A stretch of DNA of 64,000 bases, from the NCBI GenBank assembly GCA_030704615.1, contig CM060731.1, positions 28,830,001 through 28,894,000 of the forward strand. The letters run 5' to 3'. The position numbers and the translations under genes were made by a program. The DNA is from Takakia lepidozioides. Taxonomy: Eukaryota; Plantae; Bryophyta. Under the pieces are notes generated by a model. That model made no database searches. It was not told the DNA's origin and worked only from the letters and a program-made list of their open reading frames with translations. Shown here piece by piece: positions 23,781 through 35,684 of this stretch; position 1 is the stretch's first letter, and every line of letters starts with the position of its first letter.

Positions 23781-25520
23781 GAGAGGGCAAAACAGGTTGA
23801 AATGGGTCAAAGAAGAAGATGCCCTCACCACATTGTCCTTGAGGTTGCGTCATGACTTGACCGACCATCAACCCAAAATGACCTCTTGTTTGTGTCTGTA
23901 GTCAGGTAATGTCAGATTGGTCTGTGAGATCGAACCACCACGGTGTAGCTGAGTAGGCAGAGATTGAAACACGGCCTGCTATGACCAAGCTAACTCTCCC
24001 AAGAACGGCAAGCTCGCAAGAATGTTGCGAGCTTCTCTTCGTCTCATCTCCTCCTCCTCTCCTCCTTCCTGCATCATTTGCTCAACGCCTCCATCCCACG
24101 CCCCTGCATATCTTGCGATCATCGCGTTCCATCCCTCAGCTACATGGTGTGGCGCATGGAGACAAAAGAAAAACGCCAAGTCCCAGCCCTCCTCTGTGTT
24201 CACGATTACCCTAATGGGCAACCTTATTAGCAACTTTTTGACTTTTTAACCTTTTGCACTTTGATTCATTCTAGGTCAGAGGCTAAAGTCCTGCTACCAG
24301 ACTTGTCTAGAAAACCAAAACACCACGTAGACAAACATTTGATAATTGTAATAAAATATATTACCATTGGGCTGGTTTGAACACTTGTTAGTAGGGTTTT
24401 TTCGAAATATTCTGGTTTTCTTTGATGTGTGAGATGACACAGTCCAAGCATGTCACATAAACAAGGAGTTCAACGTAATGATGATGCAAGTGATTTGTGG
24501 CAAAAAGTGTAAATCATGCCTATGCCTATTTGTCCTAGTTGTGTCATAGGTTGCAACGGAACGGGGCCACCTTTGAATACGATCCCCATGCTCATTTCAC
24601 CAAGGGCATTATAGACTTCATAATGGAGAGATTGAAAATGGGGTGTATTCTTCACTTGCTAGTAGCCCATCGTGCAGATTTCTAAACATGAACATGAAGT
24701 TCATAATCATTTTCCAAGGGCATCATTCTCAAACTCCCCATACACCACAATCAGTGGAAATAATTGTATGTTCCCATTTCACACATGTGTGTAACATGCC
24801 ATGTAAACTAAGCCAACCCCTGCCACGCTCATGGTTGTTTTCACACCGTTCTTGCCTGGGGTGTGGACCACATGTGAGACACCCCACAGTTAGGGCATAT
24901 TTAGACCCACACCTTGGCCCGTGATAGACCCGTGATAAAAGCCGTGGAATGTGCCAGGTGTGAGATGACAGAGCCGTGGAAAAAGCCGGTTTCTCTTCTA
25001 GTGGGTCTTTGTGGTGGTTCGTCATAAAATGACTGGGTTGTTTGTGAAACCCCCGCGGACAATCACAGAAGTATATATAGGGAGTAGTAACCCTGAGAAC
25101 GGTGCAAGCCCGTTGGTGGCCAAAACTAGTGAGTAAGCGTGCGAGCCGGAAAGCGACCAAGATGTGGGGAGCTGTTTCGGACTGCCAACAACCAAAGGGA
25201 ATTTCCACTAGGCCCAAATTGAGCGAGGGTCTTGTAGAGAAGTAAAGGGGGACCGTTACGTCCCGGTGAGCAGCTGAAGCTCCGAGTTGGCCCGACAGCC
25301 AGTTTGGGAGTTAGGCGTGCGCATCAAAGCGAGTAACTATGACTTGAAGGGGAGCTTACCGAAGTGAGGTGTGCGACATTGTTTCTGCAATATCTTTGAA
25401 ATTCTGCTTCCAGCTTTTCTTCCTTTTCTCTTTGAATGTTGGCTCTGAGTGGAACCTCTTTCCTCTGCCTTCATGGATTTTTTCCTTATTCTTAATAAAA
25501 TTTCCACTGCAATCCCCATG

Positions 25521-25551
<31 letters not shown>

Positions 25552-25654
25552 TATAATATATTTTCTTTCTAACTATAGAGAATCGTTGTTTCCGTCCATG
25601 GGAACATTTGCGAGTTGAGGATCAATCAAATTATTAACCAGTGAATAGTTATAG

Positions 25655-25716
25655 CTTCTCATTGAAAGATAATAGCATCTTCAATGTGCACACGTGTGCT
25701 TGTGGCAGGGCCCACG
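25655..25716 (+). repeat. Dispersed 60-bp repeat, second copy at about 32295-32355
   Basis: TTGAAAGATAATAGCATCTTCAATGTGCACAC(G/A)TGTGC(T/A)TGTGGC(A/T)GGGCCCACG in the same orientation at both sites. Confidence 0.75.
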
Positions 25717-26039
25717 TGTAGTAGAGGGGGTGGTGAAGGGTGGGAACGCCCTTACCATCGAAGGGTCCGTTGCAGCTCAGTCTGTTGTTGGATCTGCCAT
25801 GCAAGTAGATATGCTGCTGGGTCTATCAGGCAAGCAAGTCTGCTACGGTAGGTCCCAACCAATAGGGGACCTTCCTATAGGCTTTGGTAATGCACATAAA
25901 ACATTAGTTATTTCAAAGGTTTGTAAAAAGCAGCGGGTAATGTGGTGGTTAAGAGCAACGAATAATGAGCATGAGGTTTGGTATTCAATTTTTGTCATGT
26001 GGTAATGTGTGTTATTAATTATACTAGGGTAGCATGTGC

Positions 26040-26530
26040 CGGTGGCCCAAGTGTAGTCTCCTATGTATCCAAGTGCATCCCCTTTGTCCAAGTGCAATCT
26101 CCTATGTATCCAAGTACGTCTATCATGTCCAGGCCCAAGTGCGACCTCTAGGGTAGCCTCTGTCGTTGGCCCATGTATGAAAAATTGAAATCTAAGACCA
26201 AGTGTAATTTCCTATGTATCCCTGTGTGTCTCTTATGTCGTGGCCCATCTAATTAGCCCAAGTGCAATCTTCTACATGTATCCAAGTGCATCTCCCATGT
26301 AGAGGCCCAAGTGCGATATCTTATGTATCCAAGTGCGTCTCCCATGTGTGTCTCCTATGTCGAGGCCCATCTAAGCCCAGTGTGGAATCTCTTATGTATC
26401 CAAGTACGTTTCCATGTCAAGGCCCATTTATTTATTTATTTTTCATGAATTTATTGAGTAGTAATATCCAGTCATTATCGATATGTCTCTCGTCTTTAGG
26501 GTAGCCTGTGCCATTAGCCCAAGTGTCCAA
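26040..26530. repeat. Degenerate tandem repeat built from GGCCCAAGTG and C(C/T)TATGTATCCAAGT motifs
   Basis: Motifs recur at irregular spacing (TATGTATCC at about 26062, 26103, 26213, 26322, 26393); probably subterminal repeats of a transposon. Confidence 0.7.
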
Positions 26531-26894
26531 TGCCAAATGCATTTTTTTTCCACGTAGCCTACGACCAGATTTAAACCGGAGACCTTTCCCTTAATATCTC
26601 TCCTGTCGAGGCTCCAACCTTTGTCCCAGGAATGCCCACTTTGCAATTTTTCATAAATTTCCAGCGACCCAAAGTACTTGAAATTCCACATCTCCCACAC
26701 CGCAAAGTCCAAAAATCGTGAGACCAAGCCCGTGCACCCCTCCTCGTCGAGGGCTTTCCAACGGGACCAAGCACTTAGGGTGGGCCCCCGCAGTTTGGGA
26801 CATCTCAAATCTACAAAACAAACGTCTCGATTCATATATTGATGTTTTGTATACTGGTTCTTTCTGAAATTTTCCTTAGTCCTTGTTCTTCTAC

Positions 26895-27120
26895 GATGGT
26901 GGACCTTCCAGCGGACTGGGCAGACTCTACAGGTGGACTCAGAGTCTACGCTGCACATAGAGTGGACCCTCCAACGGACTCTGCAGAGTGGACTAGACTG
27001 CAAGGTGGACCCTCTCCAGCGGACTCTGGGTCCACCGGACTGATCTGGAGAGTCGGTGGACCCTCCAACAGACTTTCCAGAAGAGACTAGACTATCCAAT
27101 GGATCCTTCATCCTGGTGGA
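26895..27120. repeat. Degenerate tandem repeat GTGGACCCTCC..CGGACTCTG
   Basis: GTGGAC recurs at about 26900, 26933, 26962, 26988, 27005 and 27056. Confidence 0.65.
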
Positions 27121-28347
27121 TGGGCGCTGGGCTTCTAAGCTCACCGAGGGGGGTAGTGGCAGGGGCCATAGGCGCATTGAAGACGCTATTATCTTAAAAT
27201 GAGAGCCCATATAGTTATATGCACAGGTACGGCTGGAAATGAAAATTCAAAAAATCAATTTTATTCATTACAGTTTTTTTTTGGACCAAAATGTTCACTT
27301 TCTCTAAAAATAAAGCCAAAAATAAAACAACACACCAATTTAGAGATAGCCTACACATTGCGGTTGCCTATCTATGAGTTGGGACAAATCACAAAACCAG
27401 TAAATACATAATTGCTTTTGGGAGATAATTTTAAGATGTTAAATACTTCAATATTGACACTGAATGTTGAAAACCATTTAAATATAATTGATTTCTTGAG
27501 ACACAAGAAAAATAAGTATTGGGCTCTACCCTTCAAGTTAAGAAATATATTAGCTTGAGTCGAACCTCGTTTCTCAGACTTCATGGCGTTTGTCAGGTTA
27601 TTTTTTCCTTACCTTTCACTAAAATTTTCAGGGCCACTGTCCCTGTTCTATAAAAATTTTAAAAAGAAAAAAGAAAAATCAGAAGCATCAAAAATACAGA
27701 ATGAATAATGTCTTAGCTGTTGATTATCTTATGGAAGAGTCTTCCATCTTTTGTCATCTTTTGTCTTCCATTGTCGTTCCGTCAGATGCGTTTCAACCAA
27801 TCAAAACCGTATGAAGATTTTGAAGATATGTCCAAAACATAATACCAGTGTTGTATTGGTACACACATTAATGAACTAAGATGTCAATGTCGTTGATGAG
27901 CAGTGTTTTTTCGTTTCACGGATTCTATCTACCTCCTCTTGAGGGAAAAACACGGTCACATCCGGCACAAGATGGACCTCCAACTCCGAAGCAAGGCCCA
28001 TCTCATATGCTTGTGATGCAATGAGGTTGCGCGCCTGGGCAAAGACTCGTGGCTGCACGTACTATTAACGTTAGTATGATGGGTTCTTAGAGACTCACCT
28101 TTGCCGCATCTGCAAGCCCATTTCTCTTGTAGTGGTCCTCAACAATGTGTGCTTGACGCATGACTGGTCGAAACCCCGATAGTGTCCGTGCCCAACACTT
28201 CTTGCACCAACACTCCTTCGGCGGGGGTTCCTCAAATGTGGGCCGATTGGGGCCTTGTGGCTCTGGACCTGGAGGCCTAGGGCCTTGAGGCGGCAAAGGA
28301 AGCGGAATGGGATGCCGGGGGGGGGGGCTTGTTCAGGCACATGTGGT

Positions 28348-28546
28348 TTTTCCTAAAGGGAAACACCGGGGAGTGACGGCTCACAAATCAGGCCCCTTGA
28401 TAGTGAGAGGAGAACCTCGCCATGAAGGCGTCTACATGGGACCGCCCAAGGGAAGGAGGTGAAGTACATACACACACGTCCGTCAAGATAGGATTTGACC
28501 CCAAAATCATTTGGGTGGCACTCAGTGCACTATCCAACTGAACTGT
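28348..28546 (-). mobile_element. tRNA-derived SINE, most complete copy in the window
   Basis: Minus strand: A-box-like AGTTCAGTTGG, B-box-like GGGTCAAATCC, body, then tail GGGGCCTGATTTGTGAGCCGTCACTCCCCGGTGTTTCCCTTTAGGAAAA shared with the other copies. Confidence 0.7.
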
Positions 28547-28926
28547 TTCTGTTCTTTTCTCATTTCTCCATAATCGCTGGAGGGCCACATGTAAATTCGA
28601 CCCCGCGCCCATGTGGCAAGAACAACAAGGTGACAAGGTAAGAAAAGTGGCTGTATAACACGTGGCACTTTTTGACAGGTCCACCTAGGTTAAGTCAGGC
28701 TCATGATATTTAACTACTGGTGCTTTCTTGCGACTTTTTTTTGTTTTTACCCCCTCCTAATTCCTTTGTACAAGTAGCTGACCCGTTTTCCAGGTCGAAA
28801 TCTGGCAAATTTTTGCCAGAAAAAAAAGCCTGAATTTCAAGGTTTTCTAAAGCTGAAATTTTGAGGGGTCAGATCTCTTTTCTTCTCTAAACCACAATCA
28901 TGCCTTTTCCAATAGAGGGTGGTTAA

Positions 28927-30154
28927 CCCTTAAGTGTCAAACCGACCCTTTTTGGGTCGGTTAGGTTTCTTTAACCAGCCATAACTTCCTGTGGTTAAGG
29001 CTGATTGGCCTTTTTTTTGGCTCAATCGACAGATAATCGGGTCCCCCTTCATATGGCATTGGCCAATCGGTCAATGCCTGAAGGGGTATGGGTCTGGACC
29101 AATTGGAAGGGGGCACACTCAGCTTTTTGAGGCCAATTTGGCCCCCCTAACCTGCCCAAGTTGCTGACATGGCAACTGTGGTCAGGTTAGGGCGACTGAA
29201 AGATACCCCATAAAGGTTAGGGTGGCACGCTCCCCCAAACCCCTTGATTGCCCGGCATGGGCATGGCTCCCGGCGCAGGTCTGGGCATTCCCAGGCCTGG
29301 GACCTAGCCTGAATCGACGGCGATGGCAGCTCCGGCGAACGCCATGCAGGGCGGGTTGGAGGGAGTGCAGCCGCGATGGCAGCGCTCGGGGCTCGAGAAA
29401 AACGCCACTAGGAGTGGGCCAAACCTAGGGCGGGGGTTTGAGAGGGTTCAGAGTGGAGTGGCCCCCCATGAAAGCAGGGCCGGGTAAGCCAGAGGAGCTC
29501 CCAAGCCCCGTGCCCATCTGGGCTATGGCTCCAAATATCCTAGGCCTGCAGGCTATAACATAGGTGTGCCATTTGAAGTCTTGGGCAGGGAGCCTAAAGA
29601 TGTGAGGGCAGTTACCGATTGGTCCCCAAACTTTTCTTGGGATCTCATATGGATGTTCATGACACTTCAACCGGAGTGATTAGGAATTGAAGGGCTGAAA
29701 TTGTTCGTATAATTTTAGGAAGAGATATTTTGGCCTGCCCAAAGAAAATGGCATATTTTGATCCCCCAATTTGTCACTACAAAGGAGCACACTTGAGAAC
29801 ATTTCAGAAAAAACTGAAATTTTATGAGAATGTGTGTTATCAGGTATGGAACAACAGTCTTGAGACCCTCGATCAGAAAAAATTAAAAATGCCCAAATAC
29901 GAGCAAAAAACTGCTTTTTTTGGCACCTAGTTCTTAGTGGAGATTTTTTTTTGTCCCCACTCTACACTTCATAATCTTCAGATCTGGCAGTTGGATTTTG
30001 GTGAAACTTTTTGTGGTAGGAGGTGGGGTAGGTGGGAAGTAATTCCAACGGTCAGTTTTACAGGGACACAGAGATTCTATAGATAATTCTTTTTTTGGGG
30101 ACCCGGGTCATGTTTTCCCACGAGAGGGTGAAAATGAGTTTTGACACTTAAGGG
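28927..30154. mobile_element. piggyBac-like non-autonomous element, 1228 bp, opposite orientation to 12521-13527
   Basis: TTAA (28923-28926), 15-bp TIR CCCTTAAGTGTCAAA ... TTTGACACTTAAGGG, TTAA (30155-30158); internal similarity to the reverse complement of 12521-13527. Confidence 0.82.
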
Positions 30155-30158
30155 TTAA

Positions 30159-30270
30159 CCCGTAAGTGTCAACCGACCTTTAATGGGTCTGTCAGGTTTC
30201 CTGAACCATCCAGTTTTTATTGAGATTAACTCCGATTTGAGTCAAATTGGCTCACTAGGTAGGAAATAAG
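30159..30270. mobile_element. Truncated end of a third piggyBac-like copy
   Basis: CCCGTAAGTGTCAACCGACC..AACCATCCAGTT..GATTTGAGTCAAATT matches the reverse complement of about 13415-13527 and starts immediately after the shared TTAA. Confidence 0.72.
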
Positions 30271-33200
30271 TTTTTCTCCGGTGAATTTGTATGTAATTAC
30301 TTAAGGTAACTTATTTTATGACAGTCCTTTGGAGAAATTATGTTTATTAAGTCACATTCAGAAGCATGCTCAATTATTGAATGAAATATACCATTGCAGT
30401 TGTCAGAATGCAGCTAGGGATTTATGTAGGTATGACTGCACAGTCAAGGAATGATGAGCACACACGGCCACACCCACCCATCGCCTCGGGTTGCGGGACA
30501 CACATGCGTGATGTTCAAGTGTAATAATCACACGTGTATCTCTCTACTCTCTACCATCATGCCAGGCTCAGCTTGGTGTTCCACAGAATGCTCACAATGT
30601 GTTTTTTATTCCGAGGAGGAGAAAGGGCCCAATATCCCTCTCTCATGACAGTGCCAGCAATTGAATAGAGCAAATGATTCTGACTTCAAATCTTGGATAC
30701 CTACCTGTTTGCACGGTCAGCTCACCTCTTGTATTGCCTTGTTCTCTATCAACTTCATAGCTTAAGGCTTATTGGCAGGAAGCCATCCTACTATACATTT
30801 TTCTGTCGTTGATGGGACAACCGCCCATACCACCTTGGCTGTGGTTGTGGGTTCAATCCACCGATGGTGTCACAAAGGTGTCCAGTGTCCACCTTTCCGG
30901 GTAAAGAGACACCATAGTTTACGCTGTCATATTTCTTTATTTCTCTTTTTTTCTCCTGTCCAGGTTGTGTCCCATTCCTATCTTGGCGGATAAACACTCA
31001 GGACTTGGTAAGCATTGCAAAGTTATCCACGTATTGTGGTGCCGGCACTTGCGTGACTAAACCCAAGAACGTTGCGTGTAAGCACGTTGAGGCAAGACCT
31101 GGGTTCGAATCCGAACTCTGTAGGCAAATGTTTTGGTCTTTGTGTGAGCATGCCGCTTGGTCACCCGGACTTCACTGGTCAGTATGACCTGAAGGGACCC
31201 ACATTGGCCTGTAACTCCAAATGTGGCCTTTATGCAATTCCAGCAACATTTCCCGGCACTTTTGTTGGTTGCCGGCAAATGATGTTTTGTCGCCCTGGGC
31301 CTAAGGCTTACAACTTGCAGGGCCATTGGATGCCGTGCAGCAGGTTTCCCTATTCCCACCACCTGTACTTCTTTTCTTTTCTTATCTTTTATTCAACGAA
31401 AAATGATAAAAAGTAAAAACAAACCTTGCGATGACGAACGAAGGAGACACTGCCCCGTCGACAAGGCCCATGTACTTTTACGAAGGTTAGGTGGTACGTC
31501 GTCTTTCCTCTATCAAATAAAAAACAATTCAAAATCATTGCACTCTCAGATTCCGACCGGACAAATGGGTCAGCTACAAATACAAAGGACGTACGGGAAA
31601 AATCCGTCAGTGGAGGAATATAGGGTGCCTGATGCGCGATCGTGGACCTGCCATGTGTCATATAACAACGTCTACAGGTTCCAGCTCGGATTTTTCGCCA
31701 CATGGGCCTTGGGTAGAATGCACAGGTGCCTCGTCAGCTATGGAATGAGGAAAAAAAAACCCCACTAGACCATTGTCATTAGTATGTTGTAAGAGTTTTA
31801 TGTAAACCTTGATTGTTGATCAGAGATCGTTTGGGTAACGTAACCATTGGTTAGAAGTTAACCAACAATCATAATGTGGTCACTTAGGCACTCTAGCACA
31901 ATGGTTGGGTGGTGTATAACCCAGGTGATCTGGGGATCAAAGTGTAGACCTTCCAACAGACCGTAGTAGTCCTTTGGGGATGAAGTCACACTATAATTTG
32001 CGTTCCACTAGAAAGAGTTGTCCTTTTTGTCTTGGTCACTTGGGGAATTATGAAGTAGAAATAGAAGTACCTTTCATGGTGCACCAAATTGGCTAAATGT
32101 AATAAATTTGTGTACTTTTAACCTATCAGGTCATGTAATACCTTAATAGAAAGCTCTTGAGATGCTCTCTATGATGCATTTGAAGGTCGGACAAACAATG
32201 ATTGGAAGGTTGGAAGAGACAGATGGTTGCCACTTGAGACATATATGTTTTTTTTATTCTAGTCGGATGCTCATGGTATGCTCATTCATTTGGCTTCTTC
32301 TTGAAAGATAATAGCATCTTCAATGTGCACACATGTGCATGTGGCTGGGCCCACGCCTAACTAAGGCAGGAATGGTAGATTGGATGGCTCAGGGGGTTTT
32401 TGGAAAAAGCACTACACCTTTTCTCCGGATTCTACCTATCACCTCCGGTCGAATCATGTCGCTCGTATTCCAGCGCTCATATATCATCCATGCCAACTAG
32501 CCCTAGTGCCAAAGAGAATGGAGAGAAATTGAAGTCATGCAGATATTCTATCTCCTCGCTCGCAGAACATTGCGAGTTTAGACAATAGCAACAGAATGCT
32601 TCGCAACAGGGGTGCGTCGTGGTGTGCGTCAATGCATACCACTTCTAATTGCAGAAACAGGATGAGAAGACATAGGGTTTAGGGTTGGAAGGGGAATATC
32701 ACCATGTTGCATCGTTAGGAATAGATGAGAGACGGGGCTGTTGGTGGTCTGGGTGCTGTGTTGGTCTTATTTGCGAGCTTCAGGGCGTTCCGATGGTGTT
32801 CGAGGAACCTGCTACTGGCCTGCTTTCCAATGCTTATCGGCCTGATAAAAGTTTGTGTTATCCTGCAGTTACCATAAACTGTTATCAGACTGATAAGCAT
32901 TGCAAATTGGCATTTGTTTTGCACTCCACCAGTTTGTGGTGACAATTGGACTCATCAGCACACCAGCACATTAGAGTGAGCTTCAGGGGATTGTCTAGGC
33001 GAGATGGTAATTCTTCCCTTTCTTGCGTTGGCCTCTTATTCTTTTTCGTTCGTGTTCACTGCACTTGAAAAAGGTGTGTGGTGACGCACACCCTCAATGG
33101 CCGACTCTCTGCTACATTTCTATCCAGGTCGGTCGTTGATTCTCCACCTCAGTTATTGTCCTGAAAAGTTTTCAATATGTTTTGTTTTGCACTAGGAAGT

Positions 33201-33619
33201 GGTGTGCATTACCGCACATCGTCTAAAGCCCCGTCACTCCTTTGTCCCCCCCAAGAAACAATTATTATTATTATTATTTCTTTCCCTTGGTTGTTTGGAA
33301 AAACGGTGTGCGTCAATGCATACCATTATGCCTGATCCCATTTTCCAGATACTTCGAAGCACACCATTTCTGCTATATATGCTCCCTTTCAAGTACCCTC
33401 CATGCTTTCTGTTGCTTCTGAAGAGACCTCAAAAAAAGCCTTTTGGATGGCTTTGAAACACACCATTTCTGCTATATATGCAGCAATCCATTTCAAGTAC
33501 CCTCCATGCTTTCTATTACTGTAGATCAGAAATCATTTGCTCAACCACTGGTAATGCAAACCCATCACCCCCTATGCAGCTTCAACACTATGATAATGTT
33601 TTTTTTCTGGTTCCTATCT

Positions 33620-34890
33620 ATGCCAGTAATGTTGCTGCAATTCGATCCTGGTGAATGGATGTGGAGGTAAAAAAAACATGACCATTTCTTTGCCTATACC
33701 GTGAAAATGGGTTATTCTCCCTTGGTCCCTAAACAATCCTTCCACAAGAAATGGTCTCACCTTCTCGGACAATCGAACCCGTGGAACCTGGTTTGGGTGG
33801 ATATCTGGAAGAAACATAGACTAGTTAAAATCTCATCTTTTCTTTGGCGGGTTGCCAACAGAATTTTCCTTGCGGGGAGCAATATCTCTGACCCCCTCCC
33901 CCCTCTTCCTGCCTAGCATGCAGTTTCAATGCTCCAGAAGATTTGGAGCACTGCCTAGTCTCTTGTCCCTTTGCTGCGGCAGTTTGGGCCCGTGCCACGG
34001 CCCTTTATGCATTCTGGAAAAATGATCTCATCTTTTCCACTTTTGCTCTTCTCTTTAATGTCAAAGATGGGAGCTTGTTTTGTTCCTGTCCATTTTGGGA
34101 GTCCCTTAGAGGAATAGCGCTTTGGCATATATGGAAGATGAGGTGTTATACTGTTTTTCAAAACGATTTGCCTTGCCTGCAAAAGGTCATATACCTAGCT
34201 CACTCAGACCTAAAGTCTGAAGCTCGAAAGTCTTGGTGTACCCTTGTGGCAGCGATTGCAAGATGTGGAATCAAGAAGAAAGCTCCTTGCAAATTTCGAC
34301 AGATCGTGGGGCAAAGGAGGATTTTTTGCAGAAGAATTGATGACTCACAGATTGAGTGGTATGAAAGCACCCTGCTTGCTGGAAGTGCCATCAATAACAA
34401 AGATTCTCCAATGGTTGGTAAGGATATGGAAGTAAATTGGAGGCACAAAAGAAGTTTGCGAAAGGGGAAATCCAAGGCTCGTTTATCTTTTGAGGCCCCC
34501 AAGAGAAAGAGAGGCAATATGTAGATCTCTGTTTTGGATCTTGTTGTTCTCTCTTTGGCCCTGCTTAGATGATGCAAATTATCTCTTGTATCTGGTGCAC
34601 TAGCATTTAGTCCTCTAGTTTAGCAGGCTGGTTTTAGTTTGTTTAGGCCTGTATTCTGCTCTCTGAGCTTCTAGCCCTGTCATACAATCCTGCACTATTT
34701 GGTACAGTGCTTTGTAGCCTTTGTAGTCTGATTCATGGCCCTTTTCTCCCTCCCTCCCTTGAACTACGGGCTCGGAGTGGTATCTCATTCCTATGCCTTA
34801 TGGCTTTTGTAAGGTTATTTTTTCCTTACCATTATTAATAAATTTCTTAGGGCTGCAATCCCATGTTCATAAATAAATAAATAAACAAGC
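33620..34890 (+). mobile_element. 5'-truncated L1-like LINE (ORF2 C-terminal zf-RVT region, 3' UTR and tail)
   Basis: WVDIWKK..KISSFLWRVANR, EHCLVSCPFAAAVW and LWHIWKMRCYTVF are typical of the plant L1 zf-RVT region; internal stop at about 33914; ends in AATAAA and (TAAA)n. Confidence 0.8.
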
Positions 34891-34935
34891 CTCAAACGGC
34901 AATTGGCTCTCTTGTTTTGCTTTGGCACAACATAA

Positions 34936-35365
34936 GGGCCATGCCACACTAGCGGCACAACCAACGACACTGACATGGACGTTGCAACTAGGGATTATTA
35001 GATGATATAGGTCCATGTCACCAAGCGGCAATGAATCGGCTACCACACTATAGCATAAGCCCACTGGCAAAAAAAAATCGGTATGAGAGACCATTGCACG
35101 AGGGGGTTGGAGAGACCAGCTTCGTGATGTGGGAGAATCGCATCACGACAAAATATCTTCCTAAAATTGTGGACATCGAGGGGACACTTTTTGGATATCT
35201 GTATTTCACGATAATGTGACATGTAAGTGCCATGTCAACGCCTCATAGCCGGCAACAGCCGTTAGTGTGGTAGGTAGAGCGGCACACTGCCGTCCCTTTA
35301 ATCAATAGGAGGGTCCGATATTGAGTGCTGCTGCCCTCTTGCTTGCCGCTAGGTTGGTATCACCC
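34936..35365. mobile_element. Tourist/PIF-Harbinger-like MITE, about 430 bp, in the ferredoxin-like gene promoter region
   Basis: Imperfect TIR GGGCCATGCCACACTAGCGGCA versus GGGTGATACCAACCTAGCGGCA (17/22); flanks TAA and TAC; internal inverted CTACCACACTA / TAGTGTGGTAG. Confidence 0.5.
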
Positions 35366-35663
35366 TACGAGGAAGGTAAGACTAGGGAGCTTGACTCAGC
35401 ACAACACACCAATCAGCTCCTTGACACGGTGTAAGGTATTTTGACTGCATTTTCTCCATTGACATGTCTCCGCAAAGTCTCTCTCTAAAGAGAACCAATA
35501 AATAAATAAATACACATAAACATAAGCATTAGTAAAACATCGGAGCAAAGTTCAGAATAAAAAATAAGAATGAGAAAACAGTAGGAACTGAAAAAGTGAG
35601 ACTCGGAGAGATGAGCATGAGAGCGTGAAGTTGCAGTGGGAAGGGTTTTGGGTGTGAAGGTCG

Positions 35664-35671
35664 TAGGGTTT
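35664..35671 (-). promoter_or_regulatory. Telo-box (AAACCCTA) just upstream of the start codon
   Basis: TAGGGTTT ends 13 bp before ATG 35685; a short motif that could occur by chance. Confidence 0.3.
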
Positions 35672-35684
35672 GCATCGTTGCACC

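Larger units (their letters stand above)
18693..25003. mobile_element. Non-autonomous CACTA (En/Spm) element carrying PPR gene fragments (Pack-CACTA), 6311 bp
   Basis: Left end CACTAGAAGAGAAACCGGCTTTTTCCAC (18693-18720) is the exact reverse complement of 24976-25003; 3-bp TSD GGT at 18690-18692 and 25004-25006; subterminal CCGTG(G/A)/(C/T)CACGG repeats at both ends; no transposase motifs seen inside. Confidence 0.92.

Noticed and set aside
26443-27210. 255-aa minus-strand ORF
   Set aside because: Runs through a degenerate tandem repeat and has no protein motifs.
31040-31130. tRNA gene suggested by a perfect B box GGTTCGAATCC (31102-31112)
   Set aside because: No convincing A box or cloverleaf; at most a decayed SINE head.
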